Assembly: GCA_963727445.1 (NCBI GenBank)
Contig: CAVSGI010000002.1
Location: 128,001 to 192,000, forward strand
Length of the DNA stretch: 64,000 nucleotides
Origin: an uncultured delta proteobacterium
GTDB taxonomy: Bacteria; Myxococcota_A; Polyangia; Polyangiales; B10-G4
Direction of reading: 5' to 3'
Under the pieces are notes generated by a model that saw only the letters and a program-made list of their open reading frames with translations, did no database searches and was not told the origin of the DNA. Made by a program: the position numbers and the translations under genes. Shown in pieces: positions 61,935 to 64,000 of this stretch; the first letter of the stretch is position 1; each line of letters opens with the position of its first letter.

Positions 61935-64000
61935 TTACCCCGAAAACCCCGGGCTCAGCACTCGGGCCCAGGCGTCGGCGTCGACGATGCGTTGGGCTTC
62001 CATCGCTTCGCGAGCGCGAGCGGCTTCGTCGCGGTCGCCGGTGGATTGACCGAGCTGGGCGCGGCGGAGGCTGGCGACCTCCGCGTGCAGGCCCATGTGG
62101 GCGGCGCGGGCGACTTGTTCGGCTTCTCGCAAGCGCGGGAAGGCCTCGGCGCGCTGGTCCATGAGGGCGTGGGCGCCGGCTTCGATGAGCGCGGCGAGAG
62201 CATCGGCCCAGGGGTTCTTCTCCTTGCGGAGCTTCTTCGCAGCCTTCTGCGCGCCCGCCAGGTGTGAGCTGCGCTCGTTCGCTTGCGCGCGCGCGACCGC
62301 CAGCTCGGCACGCCCGCGCAGATCCCAGATGCTGACCCGGTAGAGCTGGAGCGTCAGCAGCAGCGAACGCTTGATGTCGGCCCAGGCGGCGTCCAGGCGG
62401 GCGAGCGCCTGCTCCGGCTCGCCGTCGTAGAGGTCGGCCTCGCAGGTCGCGTACAGATGCCAGAACTGAAGGAGCGTGTAGCTGCCCTTGCTCCACCTCT
62501 CGAGGGCGCCGTCGAGCTCGGCGCGCGCGCCCGCCGAGTCGCCCTGCGCGAGGTGCGCGAGCGCCTTGAACTTGATCCGCAGGTACATCTCGAGGAAGAG
62601 GTCACCGCGCGACTCGGCGTCGTCGAGCACGTCGTAGATGCGGTCGAAGAGCTCCGCCCAGTCGCCCAATCGGTACAAGGAGTCGAACATCACGATGTTG
62701 ATGGTCGCGAGCTGCCAGGCCGCTCCGGTGCACTCGCGGCGGATCTGTTCGTCCGCCTTCTTCTGCCAGCTCGCCGCCTCGCGCCATCGGCCTTCGAGCC
62801 AGGCGGCGCCTCCGTGACACGACACGGTGAGCGCTTTGACGAAAGGATCGTCCACCTCGGCCGCGAGGGACGTCGCCAGGGACTCGAGGTGCGCGGTGCG
62901 CTTGCGGTTCTTCGGGCCCGCGGTCGCCGAAAAGGGGATCTCGACCGCAACCGCCTTCGCGATCCGCTCCTTGTCACCGGCGTTCAGCGCCATCACCAGG
63001 TGATGCGCCTGGAAGCTCCCCGCGCGGACGGGCTCGATCATCGACAGACCGATGGACACCGACCAGGCGACGTCGATCTTGAGCAGCACGTCGGGATCGA
63101 GCTCGGCGGCGCTGCGCTCGCGGTAGTCGAGCCCTCGGAGCTGAGCCTGAGCGCGCCGGCCGGCGAATGAGGCGAAAGCGAGGGCCGGGCTTCGCGGCAT
63201 CCGCAGACCCACCGCGGACAGGACCTCTGTCAGCACCGACTTCCCCTCGTCGAGGCGACCACTGAAGAGGAGCTGCTCCGCCGCCTGATGCCGCAAGAGA
63301 AGAGCGTCCCGCGGGTCCGACTCGCCGACGAGGTCCGCCGCGTCGAGGTAGGCGTGGGCGGCCGATGCGCCGAGGCCTGCATGCCGGAACGCGTCTGCCA
63401 TCGCCACCGTCAGGCGGGCTCGTTCGTCGGGGCGCGCGAGCTCGAAGTCGAGCGCCATGCGATAGAGGCGCGCCGCGCGCGCGAAAGCCAGGGAGGCGAC
63501 GGCCCGATCGCCCGCGCGGACGGCGAAGGAGAACGCACGGTCCGTCTCGCCCGCCGCGCCATAGTGGATCGCCATGGCCTCGAAATCGTCCGAGTCGAGC
63601 GCCCTGAGCGCGTCGGCGTACGAGCGGTGGTAGTCGCGGAGCTCGTCGTCAGCGAGCGTCTCCACGACCGTCTCGCGGATGCGGTCGTGGTAGCACTCGA
63701 ATCTCTTCGCTCGACCCCGTCCCGCGCGAGCGCAGGAGCCGCGCCGAGCGGAGGCTCCCGACAATCGTCGGTGACAGGGCATCGATCACCAGCGCGCGAC
63801 GGATGACGTCGGGCCCGAGGGGCCGGTGGCTCACCGACACGAGCTCGAGGAGGCGTCGCGCCTCCTCGGGGAGGGTCCCGACCGTGGCGCGGATCACGTC
63901 GGCGAGGCGCGTGGGCGCGGGAGGCGGTCCCTCGCCGCCGGGGTCCTCGACCCGTGCGAGCAGGTTCGCATGCCGGGTCAGGACGTCGATGAAGAGGGGA
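61935..64000 (-). CDS. C-terminal part of a myxobacterial AAA-ATPase/TPR protein (usually fused to a Ser/Thr kinase); partial, +1 frameshift near 63702
   Basis: LPEEARRLLELVSV, YHDRIRE, AIHY.AAG, AGDRA..SLAFARAARLYR motifs. The N-terminus lies outside the window, so the kinase domain is inferred only. Confidence 0.8.

Overview
A 64 kb, very GC-rich (about 70% by eye) chromosomal window. It most likely comes from a myxobacterium (Myxococcota, Polyangia/Sandaracinaceae-like), judged from MYXO-CTERM proteins, a CglF/GltF-like gene, Cys-rich repeat lipoproteins, a giant TPR protein and a DUF1592/DUF1552 pair. Housekeeping genes include mtnP, a PfkB kinase, pdxH, argG, a cold-shock gene, an ABC-2 exporter, an ECF sigma with cupin anti-sigma, UPF0182, a CorC/TlyC-type protein and tRNA-Leu(UAA). 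About ten genes carry single-base frameshifts that look like sequencing errors. Main observations: (1) a ~1370-aa surface protein with an internal MYXO-CTERM signal followed by a second lipoprotein signal, a candidate processed polyprotein; (2) a ~160-nt structured leader in front of a small uncharacterised gene, a candidate cis-regulatory RNA/protein pair; (3) a tandem RND permease duplication whose spacer is a decayed copy of the tRNA-Leu locus with both flanking promoters; (4) a 28-29 bp inverted-repeat (REPIN/MITE-like) family at three loci, one of which supplies a protein C-terminus; (5) an 8 x 104 bp hairpin-rich tandem array. I found no CRISPR array, transposase, integrase or rRNA. All family assignments come from motif recognition, not database searches.
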